A program made the position numbers and the translations under genes. The notes below the pieces were generated by a model. That model was not told where the DNA came from, did not search any database, and was given only the letters and a program-made list of their open reading frames with translations. From the human T2T-CHM13v2.0 reference genome, Homo sapiens, in NCBI RefSeq assembly GCF_009914755.1, contig NC_060943.1: 64,000 nucleotides of DNA; one strand, given 5' to 3'. This document shows, piece by piece, positions 41,208 through 64,000 of this stretch (the stretch's first letter is position 1; every line of letters begins with the position of its first letter).

Positions 41208-42266
41208 TGTTGCAGGAAGTCAGGGACCCCAAACGGGGGGACTGGCTGAAGCCATGGCAGAAAAACATGGATTGTGAAGGTTTCATGGACATTTATTAGT
41301 TCCCCAAATTAATACTTTTATAATTTCTTATGCCTGTCTTTACTGCAATCTCTAAACATAAATTGTAAAGATTTCATGGACACTTATCACTTCCCCAGTC
41401 AATACCCTTGTGATTTCCTATGCCTGTCTTTACTTTAATCTCTCAATCCTGTCAGCTGAGGAGGATGTATATTACCTCAGGACCCTGTAATAATTGCATT
41501 AACTGCACAAATTATACAGCATGTGTGTTTGAGCAATATGAAATCTGGGCACCTTGAAAAAAGAACAGGATAACAGCAATGTTTAGGAAACAAGAGAGAT
41601 AACCTTAAATTCTGACCGCCGGTGAGCCAGGTGGAACAAAGCCACATTTCTCTTCTTTCACAAGCAAATGGGAGAAATATCACTGAATTCTTTTTCTCAG
41701 CAAGGAACATCCTTGAGAAAGAGAATGCACACCTGGGAGTGGGTCTCTGAACTGGCCCCCCTGGGTGTAGCCATCTCTTATGGTCGAGACTGCAGGGGTG
41801 AAATAGACCCCAGTCTCCCATAGCACTCCCAGGCTTATTAGGAAGAGGAAATTCCCACCTAATAAATTTTAGTCAGACCAGTTGATCTCAAAACCGTCTC
41901 CTGATAAGATGTTATCAATGACAATGGTGCCCAAAACTTCATTAGCAATTTTAATTTCACCTTGGTCCTGTGATCTCGCCCTGCCTCCACTTGCCTTGTG
42001 ATATTCTATTACCTTGTAAAGTACTTGATGTCTGTGACCCACACCTATTTGCACCCTCCCTCCCCTTTTGAAAATCCCTAATAAAAACTTGCTGGTTTTT
42101 GCGGCTTGTGGGGCATCACGGAACCTACCGACATGTGATGTCTGCCCCGGACACCCAGCTTTAAAATTTCTCTCTTTTGTACTCTGTCCCTTTATTTCTC
42201 AAGTTGGCTGACACTTAGGGAAAATAGAAAAGAACCTATGTGAATATCGGGGCTGGTTCCCTGACA
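41208..42266 (+). mobile_element. MER11 (HERV-K11/HML-8) solo LTR, 1059 bp, MER11C-like
   Basis: TGTTGCAGGAAGTCAGGGACCCC...GGTTCCCTGACA; 6-bp TSD ggacat at 41202-41207 and 42267-42272. Confidence 0.88.
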
Positions 42267-42574
42267 GGACATAACCTCTTCAAAAAATAAAAAAGAAATA
42301 AAAGCCTACAGCCAAACCAACAAAATAGAGTGCATATCTCACCAGAACTGCAAAGACAAGTATGCTGGTATTACTACTTTTAGTTGGTGTTGTGCAGCGG
42401 GTTAAAATCAGTCCAGTAAAGCAAGAAAATATTTAGAGAGAGCTTCATCATCATACGAATTTTGGGGGTCATTGTTCAGTCCAAAGTACTTAATATGATT
42501 CTTTTCTCTTTCCACATAGAGAATCAGATAATCTATAAATAATGACTCTTACTGTTCCACTTTAGGAGTTAGGT

Positions 42575-42608
42575 ATACATACATATGTGTATATATATGT
42601 ATATATAT

Positions 42609-42641
<33 letters not shown>
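42575..42641. repeat. (TA)n(CA)n microsatellite
   Basis: Direct inspection. Confidence 0.9.
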
Positions 42642-43165
42642 GTGACCCCCCAAATTTCATATGAAGTTCCAAACCTCAATGTGACTGTATGTGAAAAGAG
42701 AAGGGGGCGGGGAGGGGGGAGACCGACCGACCTATTTGTTGGTCTCCATCGTGTGAAAACATGAGGAAGTGGGCACTTACATGCCAGGAAGAGAGCTCTC
42801 ACTAGAGGTTGACCATGCTGGCACTCTGATCTCAGACTTCCAGCCTCCAGATATGTGAGAATATAAATTTGTGTTTTGGGCCAGATACGGTGGCTCAGGC
42901 CTGTAATCCCAGCACTTTGGGAGGCCAAGGCAGGTGGATCACCAAAGGTCAGATCTGACCAACATGGAGATCAGCCTAACCAACATGGAGAAACCCTGTC
43001 TCTACTAAAAATACAAACTTAGCTAAGGTTTGTGGTGCATGCCAATAATCCCAGCTACTGAGGGTGAGGCAGGAGAATCACTGGAACTCAGGAGGTGGAG
43101 GTTGCGGTGAGCCAAGATCATACCATTGCACTCCAGCCTGGGCAACAAGAGCAAAACTCCATCTC

Positions 43166-43196
<31 letters not shown>

Positions 43197-44480
43197 TGTG
43201 TTTTTAACCTCATTGATTTAAAATTAAATTAATTTCTAAGCCATTTGGTCTGCGGTATTCTCTTATGGTTGTCTGAGCTGACTAAGGCAGATATTGGTAC
43301 TGAGAAGTGAGGTACTGCAATTAAAAACAAACAAAAAAACTAAAAATGTGAAGCAGCTTTGAAACTGACAAATGAGTAGAGGCTGGAAAAATTCTGATGT
43401 GCAAGCTGGAAATAAGGTTGGTAAGGGTTATTCTGGTGAGGTGTCATTGGGGAATGAGGAACATGCTATTGGGAAATGAAGAAAAGACAACCCTTGATAT
43501 AAAGTGGTGAAGAACTTGGCAGAACTGTATTCTAGCATTTTACGGAAGGTAGAGCTTGAGACAGATAAAATGGTATGTATCACTAAGATCTGTAATTAAA
43601 GTGTTAAAGGACACAGGAAGCTTCATTATTCCTGAGTGCTTACAGGAAAATGTGCTGGGAACAGGCCCCCCAAATCTGGCCATAAACAGGCAATGAGAAA
43701 CTGGCCATAAACAAAATCTCTGCAGCACTGTGACATGCTCGTGATGGCTATGACGCCCATGCTGGAGGCTGCTGGTTTACCAGAATGAGGGCAAGCAACA
43801 CCTGGCCCACCCAGGGCAGAAAACTGGAAAACTGCTCAAGGCATTCCTAAACCACAAACAATAGCATGAGTGATTTGTGCCTTAAGGACATATTCCTGTT
43901 GCAGATAACAAGCCAGAGCCTGTCCCTTTCTTTCTCATAAGGAATACTTATAGCTGATCTACAATCTATAGGAATAATGTTTATCACAGGCTTACTGTCA
44001 ATAAATATGTGGGTCAAACTCTGTTCAAGCTCAGCTCTGAAGGCTGTGAGCCCCGATTCCCACTCTGCACTATATTTCTGTGTCTTTGTCTTAATTCCTC
44101 TAGAGCCACTGGGTTAGGGTCTCCACGACCCAGCTGGTCTCGGCAAAAATGCAAAAGGAGACCTGAATTGCAGAAGAAATTGTTAAGGAAAAAGGAACCA
44201 GAACTTGGAGATTTGGAAAATTCTCAGCCTATCCATACTGCAAAAATTAGAAAACTTGTACTGAAGAGAATCCTCAAAGTGTGGCTGAACAATCATTTGA
44301 TAAAGAGATCATGAGTGGGATTCATGGACTATATCAGCCATCTTAACAGAAGTGAGAAGAGAGACTGGATTATACTATAAGAGACACTGCCACTTACATT
44401 GTGCCACCTAAAATGGACAGAGAAGACAGAACAGAACAGTCAAGGTTGTCACACTTCTTATTTTACAAGAAGGGGACATA
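42640..44480 (+). mobile_element. MLT1 LTR plus internal sequence (paralogous copy)
   Basis: LTR/internal junction gactaaggca|gatattggtactgagaagtg near 43290. Confidence 0.7.
43653..44145 (+). mobile_element. MER9 solo LTR, duplicated copy
   Basis: Same insertion site and TSD aaaatg (43647-43652 and 44146-44151) as the ZNF561 copy. Confidence 0.85.
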
Positions 44481-44969
44481 GAAATAATCAGCTGTGAAAG
44501 GGCACTGGCAGTTATGGATGGTTTCACTCCTGACATGCTCTGCAGGATCCATGGGAACAGAAGAGAACCTTGGAGGAGCATCTTTTTAACAATCCACCTC
44601 TGGGGCCTACATCATCTTGGCTTCTGGTAAATTTTGACATGAATGTGCCACACTGGCAGCCACTAACCAACAGGGGCTGGGATCAATCTGCATGATTTAT
44701 CTCGTACAGAACTTGTTAATGCTATGATCTTAGGAATCTAATCACCAAGGTGAGGCAGCCTGCAGTACTGACCTCACCATCCATGACCCTTCTTCACAGA
44801 TGCCCAGACTCAGGTAACCATGATGTTGTATTCAGAACCTGTAGGTTTAATTTCAGACCCTCGGGATGCATCTAAGGCCAATCTGTGAGCCATTACAACC
44901 TCCAAAAGGCATTTAGGACTAATCTGATGATCTTTGCACTGCCAATAATTAAAGATGGCAACCAATGGG

Positions 44970-45159
<190 letters not shown>

Positions 45160-46092
45160 TTACCTTTCTCCACTGTGAGTTTTCAAATGTTTACTACGAT
45201 GGGAAGAAGTAATGAAGGTCTTCCCACATTCAACACATTCATAAGGCTTCTCTCCTGTGTGAATTCTTCTATGTTGAGTAAGCGTTGAAGATCTATTGAA
45301 GGCTTTCCCACATTCCTTACACTGATAGGGTTTCTCTCCAGTGTGATTTCGTATGTGTATAGCAAGGCCCGTGTACTGAGTGAAGGCTTGGCCACATTCC
45401 TTACATTCATAGGGTTTTATTCCAGTGTGAGTTCTTACATGTTGAGTAAGGTGAGTTGATCTAGTGAAGGCTTTCCCACATTCCGTACATTTGTGTGGTT
45501 TTATTCCAGTGTGAATTTGAATGTGAACATTAAAGGATGAGGAATTTCTAAAGGATCTTCCACATTCTTTACATTCAAAGGACTTCTCTCCTTTATGAGT
45601 TTTTGCATGTGCAGAAAGTTGAGAAAAATTAGTGAAGGATTTCCCACAGTTCTTAGTCTTTTCGGATTTCTTTCCAGTATGAACTGCTACACACTGCTTT
45701 AAGTGTGAGGAAGTTGTGATGGCTCTCTCACATTCCTGAAATTCACAGAGTTTCTCTCCAATGTGGATTCCCATGTGATTATCAAGGCTTGCAAAATACT
45801 TAAAGCCTTTTCCACATTCCTTACATTTGTAGGGTTGTCTTCCATTGAGAATTTCAAGATGCACAGCAAGGCCTGGAGTTAAGGTGAAGACTTTTCCACA
45901 TGGATTAAATTTGGAAAGTTCTTGTCCAATAGAGGCTTCCTTGTGCACACTGATGCTGTCTTTTCCATAACAATTACCCTCAAAAGTGTTCCCTCCATTC
46001 TGAGCTCTCATGTGTGTCTTAAGGCAAAACTGTTCACTGAAGACCTCTCCACAATTCTCACAGAGTTTCCATCCACTGTAGCTTCTTGTCTG
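45160..46092 (-). CDS. ZNF562: ZNF562 last coding exon: C2H2 array (1 isolated and 5 tandem intact fingers), stop TAA at 45160-45162
   Basis: ORF 45160..46158; NAGNAG acceptor ctcatcag|cag|ACA; spliced CDS 25+89+127+107+933=1281 nt = 426 aa, MSAFDMSHGFFPREP...HSGER. Confidence 0.94.
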   Translation of the reverse strand, partial: QTRSYSGWKLCENCGEVFSEQFCLKTHMRAQNGGNTFEGNCYGKDSISVHKEASIGQELSKFNPCGKVFTLTPGLAVHLEILNGRQPYKCKECGKGFKYFASLDNHMGIHIGEKLCEFQECERAITTSSHLKQCVAVHTGKKSEKTKNCGKSFTNFSQLSAHAKTHKGEKSFECKECGRSFRNSSSFNVHIQIHTGIKPHKCTECGKAFTRSTHLTQHVRTHTGIKPYECKECGQAFTQYTGLAIHIRNHTGEKPYQCKECGKAFNRSSTLTQHRRIHTGEKPYECVECGKTFITSSHRSKHLKTHSGER

Positions 46093-46196
46093 CTGATGAG
46101 GGGATAAAGGATTTAAAATGTTTTCAGACATATTAAGAGATTTCACCCATCTGAACACAGAAACATTATTTTGATGACAATTATTTTACTTTTTAA

Positions 46197-46577
<381 letters not shown>

Positions 46578-47915
46578 TAACCTCAAACGCCTGGCTGGGT
46601 TCAAGTGATCACCCTAGCTAAAAGCTGTGTAGCTAGGACTAGAGGCATGCATCATCCAATTTTTTGATTTATTTATTTATTTTATTTTATTTATTTTTGA
46701 GATGGAGTCTCACTTTGGCTGGAGTGCAGTGTCACGATTTCGGCTCACTGCAACCTCCGCCTCCTGGGTTCAAGCGGTTCTTCTGCCTCAGCCTGCCAAC
46801 TAGCATGTGCAACCAGACCCAGCTAATTTTTGTATTTTTCCTACAGATGGGACTTCATCATGTTAGCCAGGGTGTTCTCAAACTCTTGACCTTCTCATCC
46901 GCCTGCCTAGGCCTCCGAAAGTGCTGGAATTACAGGCATGAGGCACTGCGCCCGGCCTCAATTTATTTTTATAGAGACAGGGTCTTGGTATGTAGCCTAG
47001 GCTGGTCTCAAACTCTACAAGAAACCCCCGTCTCAGCCTCCCAAACTGCTGGGATTACAGCCATGAGCTACCAAGTCAGCCTACTTTGATAACCATAATT
47101 TTTACAATATTTCTTCCATGGTTTCATTTCCTACCCTCTTGATCTCTTGCCAGAATTCTATGCCACTGGCTCTAATTGTTCAAAAAAAAACTGTCTTTTT
47201 TTGATTGTTGGGGGTGGTTTGAGACAGGGTCTCACTCTGTCACCCAGGCTGGGTACCATGGCACAATCACAGCTCACTGCAGCCTTAAACTCCCAGGCTC
47301 AAGCCATCATCCTGCCTCAGTCTCCTGAGGAGCCTGGATTACAGGTGCATGCCAACGTGCCCGGCTAATTTTTTATTTTTTTGTAGAGACAGAGTCTCCC
47401 TGTTGCCCAGGCTGGTCTTGATCTCCTAGACTCAAGCAATTCTCCTGCCTCAGCTTCCCAAAGTGCTGGGATTGCAGGTGTCAGCCATTGCACCCAGCCA
47501 AATTGTGCAGATTTTCATGAAACTTTAAATCCTCAATGTCTAGTTACATATGTGGGAATATGTACTTGTCGGTATTTTTCAGTGACAAGTTATACAGGTA
47601 TGGAACATCAGAAAATTCATCACATTCAGACTATCTCTCCAGAGACCCTGCTCCCTCAAGGGTGCAGGCTACTTCTCTCTCAAGTATCTCTCATTTGTGC
47701 TGTTTCTTTTTCATGCCAACTCCACCTCCCGTGTTTAAGCAATTCTGCCTCAGCCTCCCATGTAACTGGGATTACAGGTGCCCACCACACCTGGCTAATT
47801 TTGTATTTTTAGTAGAGACAGAGTTTCACCATGTTGGTCAGGCTGGTCTCAAAGTGCTAACCTCAAGTGATCCACACACCTCCACATCCCAAAGTGCTGG
47901 GATTACAGGATTCAC

Positions 47916-47963
<48 letters not shown>

Positions 47964-48529
47964 TGGAGTCTCACTTGGTCATCTAAGCTGGAATGCAGTG
48001 GTGCAGTGCTGGCTCACTCAGCAACCTCGGCCTCTGGGTAAGCAATTGTCCTGCCTCAGCCGCCCGAGTAACTAGGATAACGGGTGCCCACCACCACACA
48101 CAGCTAATTTTGTATTTTTAGTAGAGACAGAGTTTTCACCATGTTGGCCAGGCCTGTCTCAAACTCCTGACCTCAAGTGATCCACCTATCTTTGCCTCCT
48201 AAAGTGTTGGGATTACAGGCATGAGCCACCACATCCAGCCTCTTTTTAAAATCAGAGATGGTATATTGCTATACTGCCTAGGCTGGTCTTGAACTCCTGG
48301 GCTCAAATGATGATCCCACCTCAGCCTCCTAAGTAGCTGGGATTACAGATGTAAACCACACCACTAACTGGGCTGATTTTTTAGAATGGAATTCTCAATC
48401 TTTTCTGAGAGAGGAAATTAAGAAATATCCCTCATGGCCTGACACAGTGGCTCACGCCTGTAATCCCAGCACTTTGGGAGGTCGAGGCAGATGGATCACG
48501 AGGTCAGGAGATCAAGACCATCCTGGCTA

Positions 48530-48916
<387 letters not shown>

Positions 48917-49713
48917 TCAAATTAAACACAGTATGAAAATAAAAGCCACAGGCCAGGCACGGTGACTCAGGCCCGTAATCCCAGGACTTTGGGAGGCTGA
49001 GGTGGGTGGATCACGAGGTCAGGAGATCAAGACCATCCTGACCAAAATGGTGAAACCCTCTCTCTAGTAAAATACAAAAATATATATATATATATATATT
49101 AGCCGGGCGCGTTGGCATGTGCCTGTAGTCCCAGCTACTCAGGAGGCTGAGGCAGGGGAATCACTTGAACCCCAGAGGCGGTGGTTGCAGTGAGCTGAAA
49201 TCACACCACTGCACTCCAGCCTGGGTGACAGAACGAGACTCCATCTCAAAAAAAAAAAAGAAAAAAGAAAACAAGAGAACCTTGAGGATTTTGGTATGTC
49301 AAAAATTTGGCTATAAGGATGTGGGGTTTATTACACAACTGATGTGTTTAGATAGTTTATAACAAACTGCTTCTGTGAAAATTACAACTGATGGGGAACA
49401 GGAAGAGAAAATTATCAGGAAAGGAAAGCAGGAAAGATCAGGATAAAGAGCATATATCAAAATGATAAACTTAACAAAAAAACAGAACAGCTTCGGGAAG
49501 CTGAGGCAGGAGAATGGCAAGAACCCGGGAGGCAGAGCTTGCAGTGAGCAGAGATCCTGCCACTGCACCCCAGCCTGGGTGACAGAGTGAGACTCCCTCA
49601 AAAAAAAAAAAACCAAAAAAAACCAAAAGCAAAACAAACAAACAAAAAAAACAGAACTGGTAGTTTTGTTTGACTAGATGGAAAGTAAAAGTCAGAGATA
49701 TCTGAAATTCTGA

Positions 49714-49991
<278 letters not shown>

Positions 49992-50151
49992 TGATCTGCC
50001 TGCCTCAGCCTTCCAAAGTGCTGGGATTACAGGCGTGAACCTCCGGGACCGGCCTAGTCTTTATTCTTAGGATTTTTTTTTAGAGATGAGGTTTCACAAT
50101 GTTGCCCATGCTAGTATCAAACTCCCAGGCTCCAGCGATTCTCCCACCTCA

Positions 50152-50343
<192 letters not shown>

Positions 50344-50501
50344 CTAAGTCATCAAACACATGCTGGTTTGAGCCAATGAACACTTCCACCAATATTCACT
50401 GGAGAATGAGGAAAGGGGAACCTTATACTCACTTATACGTGGTTCTCAAGTCTCCCATGATCTACTCCAGGGTTTAATGTCTCAGGAGCTCTTGTGTCTA
50501 A

Positions 50502-50870
<369 letters not shown>

Positions 50871-51586
50871 TAAAAAAATTTTTAAATCTTTTTTGTCTGA
50901 TCTATTTATTTTTAATTTTTTAATTTTTTTTAATTTTAATTTTTGATTAGAACAGTACTTCCTAAACATTAATTTTTATCTATCTAGCATCTATCTATCT
51001 ATCTATCCAATCTTTTTATTTATTTATATATAAAGACAGGGTCCCACTGTGCCACCCAGGCACAATCGCTGCTTACTGCAGCTTCAATCTCCTGGGCTGA
51101 AGTGCTCCTCCCACCCCAGCCTCCTGAGTAGCTGGAATTACAGGCATGAGCCACTGCACACTGCTTACATTATCTCAGCACAAACAGGCTAGGAGCTCTT
51201 CCTGTCCCATTGGTCTCTGGGCAGCACACTCCTCAGCACACTGCAGATACCTGATAAATGCTGATGAGTGAATTAATTATTTGATAAAAGGACACTTTCA
51301 TCTGCTTTATCATCTGTCACCGCACCCAGCAATGTAAGAAAGATGCAGTTGGCACCATGAAGGTCAAGCTTAAGTAGTAATTACCGAGCTACTGGAATGA
51401 TCTTCAAGTTAACACTTTATGTATAGGAGACTTCATTCCCTGGGGAAATTCACCTGGGGATTCAGTCCTTGAGTAAGGCTTCATTTGCTCTAAGAAAACT
51501 CTGGAGATGAGTCTGTCTAGAAGGAAATGTGTCTACCTATTGGATGTAAGTATGTCATTTTGTACAACGGTACATTTTCTGTTTAC

Positions 51587-51675
51587 CTGGTAAGAATTTG
51601 ACCGGTGGTCCTCTACCATCGTTCCTATCTTTGTCTTTTCTTCAAAAGGACAGATTGGTTCCCTGGGAAAAAACC
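51587..51675 (-). CDS. ZNF562: ZNF562 coding exon (89 nt; GFFPREPICPFEEKTKIGTMVEDHRSNSYQ)
   Basis: ttccactag|GG acceptor, CAG|gtaaac donor; homologous to 10293-10381. Confidence 0.9.
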
Positions 51676-52648
51676 CTAGTGGAAAAGTAAGAAGGCATGA
51701 GAAGCCAGAGCTGCCCACATTCTTATGCCCAGAAGTCATTCCATCCTAGCTTGAAATTCCCATATGCTCCTGCACACTCGAAAAAACTACACACACACAA
51801 CACTTCCATGAAATGCCGTAGTAGTCCTGTATCACCTAGACCCAGAAAAGCAGATATGGGCTGAGCTGCCTGTTGTGTAAAGGGTAACAGTTTCATTTTT
51901 CAAGGAAACTTACACCCTGAAAAATGTGACTATCTGCCCATAGTAGTAACACTCATGAAGCTTATGTAGCATTTCCAAAGGCACACAAACCAGGGCTGAA
52001 TTCTAAAACAGCATTCTGACTGGGCACAGAGGCTCATGCCTGTAATCCCAACATTTTGGGAGGCCAAGGTGGGCAAATCACTCGAGGTCAGGCATTCAAG
52101 ACCAGCCTGGCCAACATGGCAAAACCCCGTCTCTACTAAAAAAAAAAAAAAAAAAAAAAAAACTACAGGAGGCTGAGGCAGAGAACTGCTTGAACCTGGG
52201 AAGTGGAGGTTGCAATGAGTCAAGATCATGCAACTGCACTTCAGCCTGGGTGACAGAGTGAGACTCCATCTCAAAAAAAAAAAAAAAAAAAAAAAAATTA
52301 GCTGAACCTGGTGATGCATGCTTGTGATCCCAGCTACTTAAGAAGCTAAGGCAAGAGAATTGCTTGAACCCAGCAGGCGGAGGTTTCAGTGAGCCAAGGT
52401 TACACCACTGCACTCCAGCCTGGGTGACAGAGCAAGATTCGGTCTCAAAAAATAAATAAATAAAAATATGAATAAAATAAAAGAGCATTCTGCGTCTTAC
52501 TTGAATTCCTCCTTAAAGAACTAGCAGCAGCCAGGCACGGTGGCTCATGCCTGTAATTCCAACACTTTGGGAGGCCGAGGCAGGCAAATCACCTGAGGTC
52601 GGGAGTTCAAGACCGGCCTGACCAACATGGAGAAACCCGTCTCCACTA

Positions 52649-52831
<183 letters not shown>

Positions 52832-52903
52832 TCACTGGACTCTTATGTTGTGGAGGGCGACCTAAAGCAGAATCTCTGAAAAAGAGCATCAACAAGGACT
52901 TAC

Positions 52904-52928
52904 CATGGGACATATCAAAGGCTGACAT
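52904..52928 (-). CDS. ZNF562: ZNF562 start-codon exon, coding part (MSAFDMSH+G); the whole exon probably spans 52904-53058
   Basis: ATG at 52928, donor G|gtaagt, acceptor gtatgaacag| at 53058; homologous to ZNF561 exon 2. Confidence 0.88.
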
Positions 52929-53464
52929 CCTCTGAAGCTGATGGTGAGATGTGCCTCAATGCTGTCTTTCTTGATGCCAAGATCGCCTCAGGGCAGCTTA
53001 TGAATCTAGGTGGATACAGGCAATCTCCATTCCCCTTTGTACAGGGTTATCTGAGGCCCTGTTCATACCAATCACCAAACAACAAGCATCAAACATCAGT
53101 CATTGAACATTATGCATGAGCTTTCTCTCTGCAGGTGACAGATGTGAAGGCCACCAAAAACTGTATACTCAGTATCGTCACTCAGTAATGATAGTATTAA
53201 TAACAGCAACTGACATTTATTGAGGACTAGTATGTCAGAAGTAGCTCTAGTAGCTTTATATATACATGCTCACTTAATTATCATAACCATCCTTCCCAAC
53301 AGCTATCATTACCTATATGTATCTATGTATCTATCCATCTATCTATTTATTGAGACAGGGTCTCATTCTGTTGCCCAGGTTTAAGTACAATGACACAACA
53401 ACAGCTCTCTGTAGCCTACATTTCCCGGGCTCAAGTGATCCTCCCACCTCAGCTTCCTGAATAG

Positions 53465-53757
<293 letters not shown>

Positions 53758-53816
53758 TCACGAGGTCAGGAGTTCCAGACCAGCCTGGCCAACATAGTGA
53801 AACCCTGTCTCTACTA

Positions 53817-54085
<269 letters not shown>

Positions 54086-54111
54086 CTACAGGTGCACACC
54101 ACTGGATCTAA

Positions 54112-54309
<198 letters not shown>

Positions 54310-54476
54310 TGACCCTAGAGCCTGATCCCCTGTATATGCTGTTACCCCCCAGTATGACCAGAAGACAGCCCAGACTTGCACAGAACAACTCAGTAGTCAC
54401 TAGCCACGTGTGTTATTGATAACTTCATTGTGTACCTAAGATGATGAAAAACAGAATTTAAAATATTCAAAAGATG

Positions 54477-63455
<8,979 letters not shown>

Positions 63456-63479
63456 TTTCTGGATTGTAAAATAGGGAGT

Positions 63480-64000
63480 GGGAGATTCTGGGGCCACCAT
63501 GTCTGTGGGTAAAGATATTCCCTTGTCTGGATCATGTAAAGACATCCCTCCAAGATGTCACTCCAAGTTACTGCACCTAATACCACCTACCATTAACAAG
63601 GAGCAATGAGCCATGATTATGCCATTGCTCTCCAGCCTGGGTGATCCAGCAAGACTTTGTCTCAAAAAAAGAAAAAAAACCCAGCATGGAGGTTTCTCAA
63701 AAACTACCATCCATAGACCTCTTGAATTTTGGAGGCAACACATACATTTGCATGTACTTTAACGCCCCACACAGTTACCTGTAAGGATTCTAGTTTCAAC
63801 TGTAGACAAGAGCAATTTCAGGCTGCAATGCAAGCTTCCTAAGCACTTGGTCCACCTGATCCAGCAGACCCAGTGATACTCAACGTGTCCATGTTAAATG
63901 GCATGTTATTTATTGGAAGCCTCCGGCATGCACCAACAGAAGATGTAGAGTACAGCCCTCTGGTATTGCAGAGTCAATCCATGCCCTCTTGTGCAGATTA
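63480..64000 (+). mobile_element. Ancient ERVL pol fragment
   Basis: ttttggaggcaacacata..., cacttggtccacctgatccagcagaccc resemble ERVL/HERV-L RT-connection sequence (FWRQHI..LGP.DPADP). Confidence 0.6.

Noticed and set aside
42947-42990. 14-bp perfect palindrome ggtcagatctgacc with a short duplication inside an Alu
   Set aside because: A small local rearrangement of Alu sequence with no evidence of function

Overview
Primate (very likely human chr19p13.2) KRAB zinc-finger cluster DNA. It holds two tandem minus-strand paralogues: ZNF561 (complete CDS in 5 coding exons, 486 aa) and ZNF562 (5 coding exons, 426 aa; its first exon and promoter lie beyond the right edge). They arose from a duplication of at least 12-13 kb. 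ZNF561 has a CpG-island bidirectional promoter (YY1 site plus overlapping ETS-CRE site) shared with the head-to-head lncRNA ZNF561-AS1. Immediately upstream of it sit two independently inserted LTR10C-type solo LTRs, each carrying four degenerate p53 half-sites. Between the genes lie a 5'-truncated HERV-I/HERVIP10 provirus (+ strand, LTR10-family 3' LTR), an old env-less HERV-H provirus (- strand, LTR7C-type LTRs, tRNA-Phe-type PBS), a MER11 solo LTR, a THE1 LTR, old L1 pieces and very dense Alus. Most short ORFs in the track are Alu, L1 or ERV artefacts. The most interesting hypothesis is an ERV-wired feedback circuit: p53 acts through LTR10 to drive ZNF561/AS1, and the ZNF proteins may in turn bind LTR10. 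The window also records in detail how ZNF562 diverged (new splice acceptors, finger loss, contact-residue changes). Repeat subfamily calls come from recalled consensus sequences and need RepeatMasker/Dfam confirmation.
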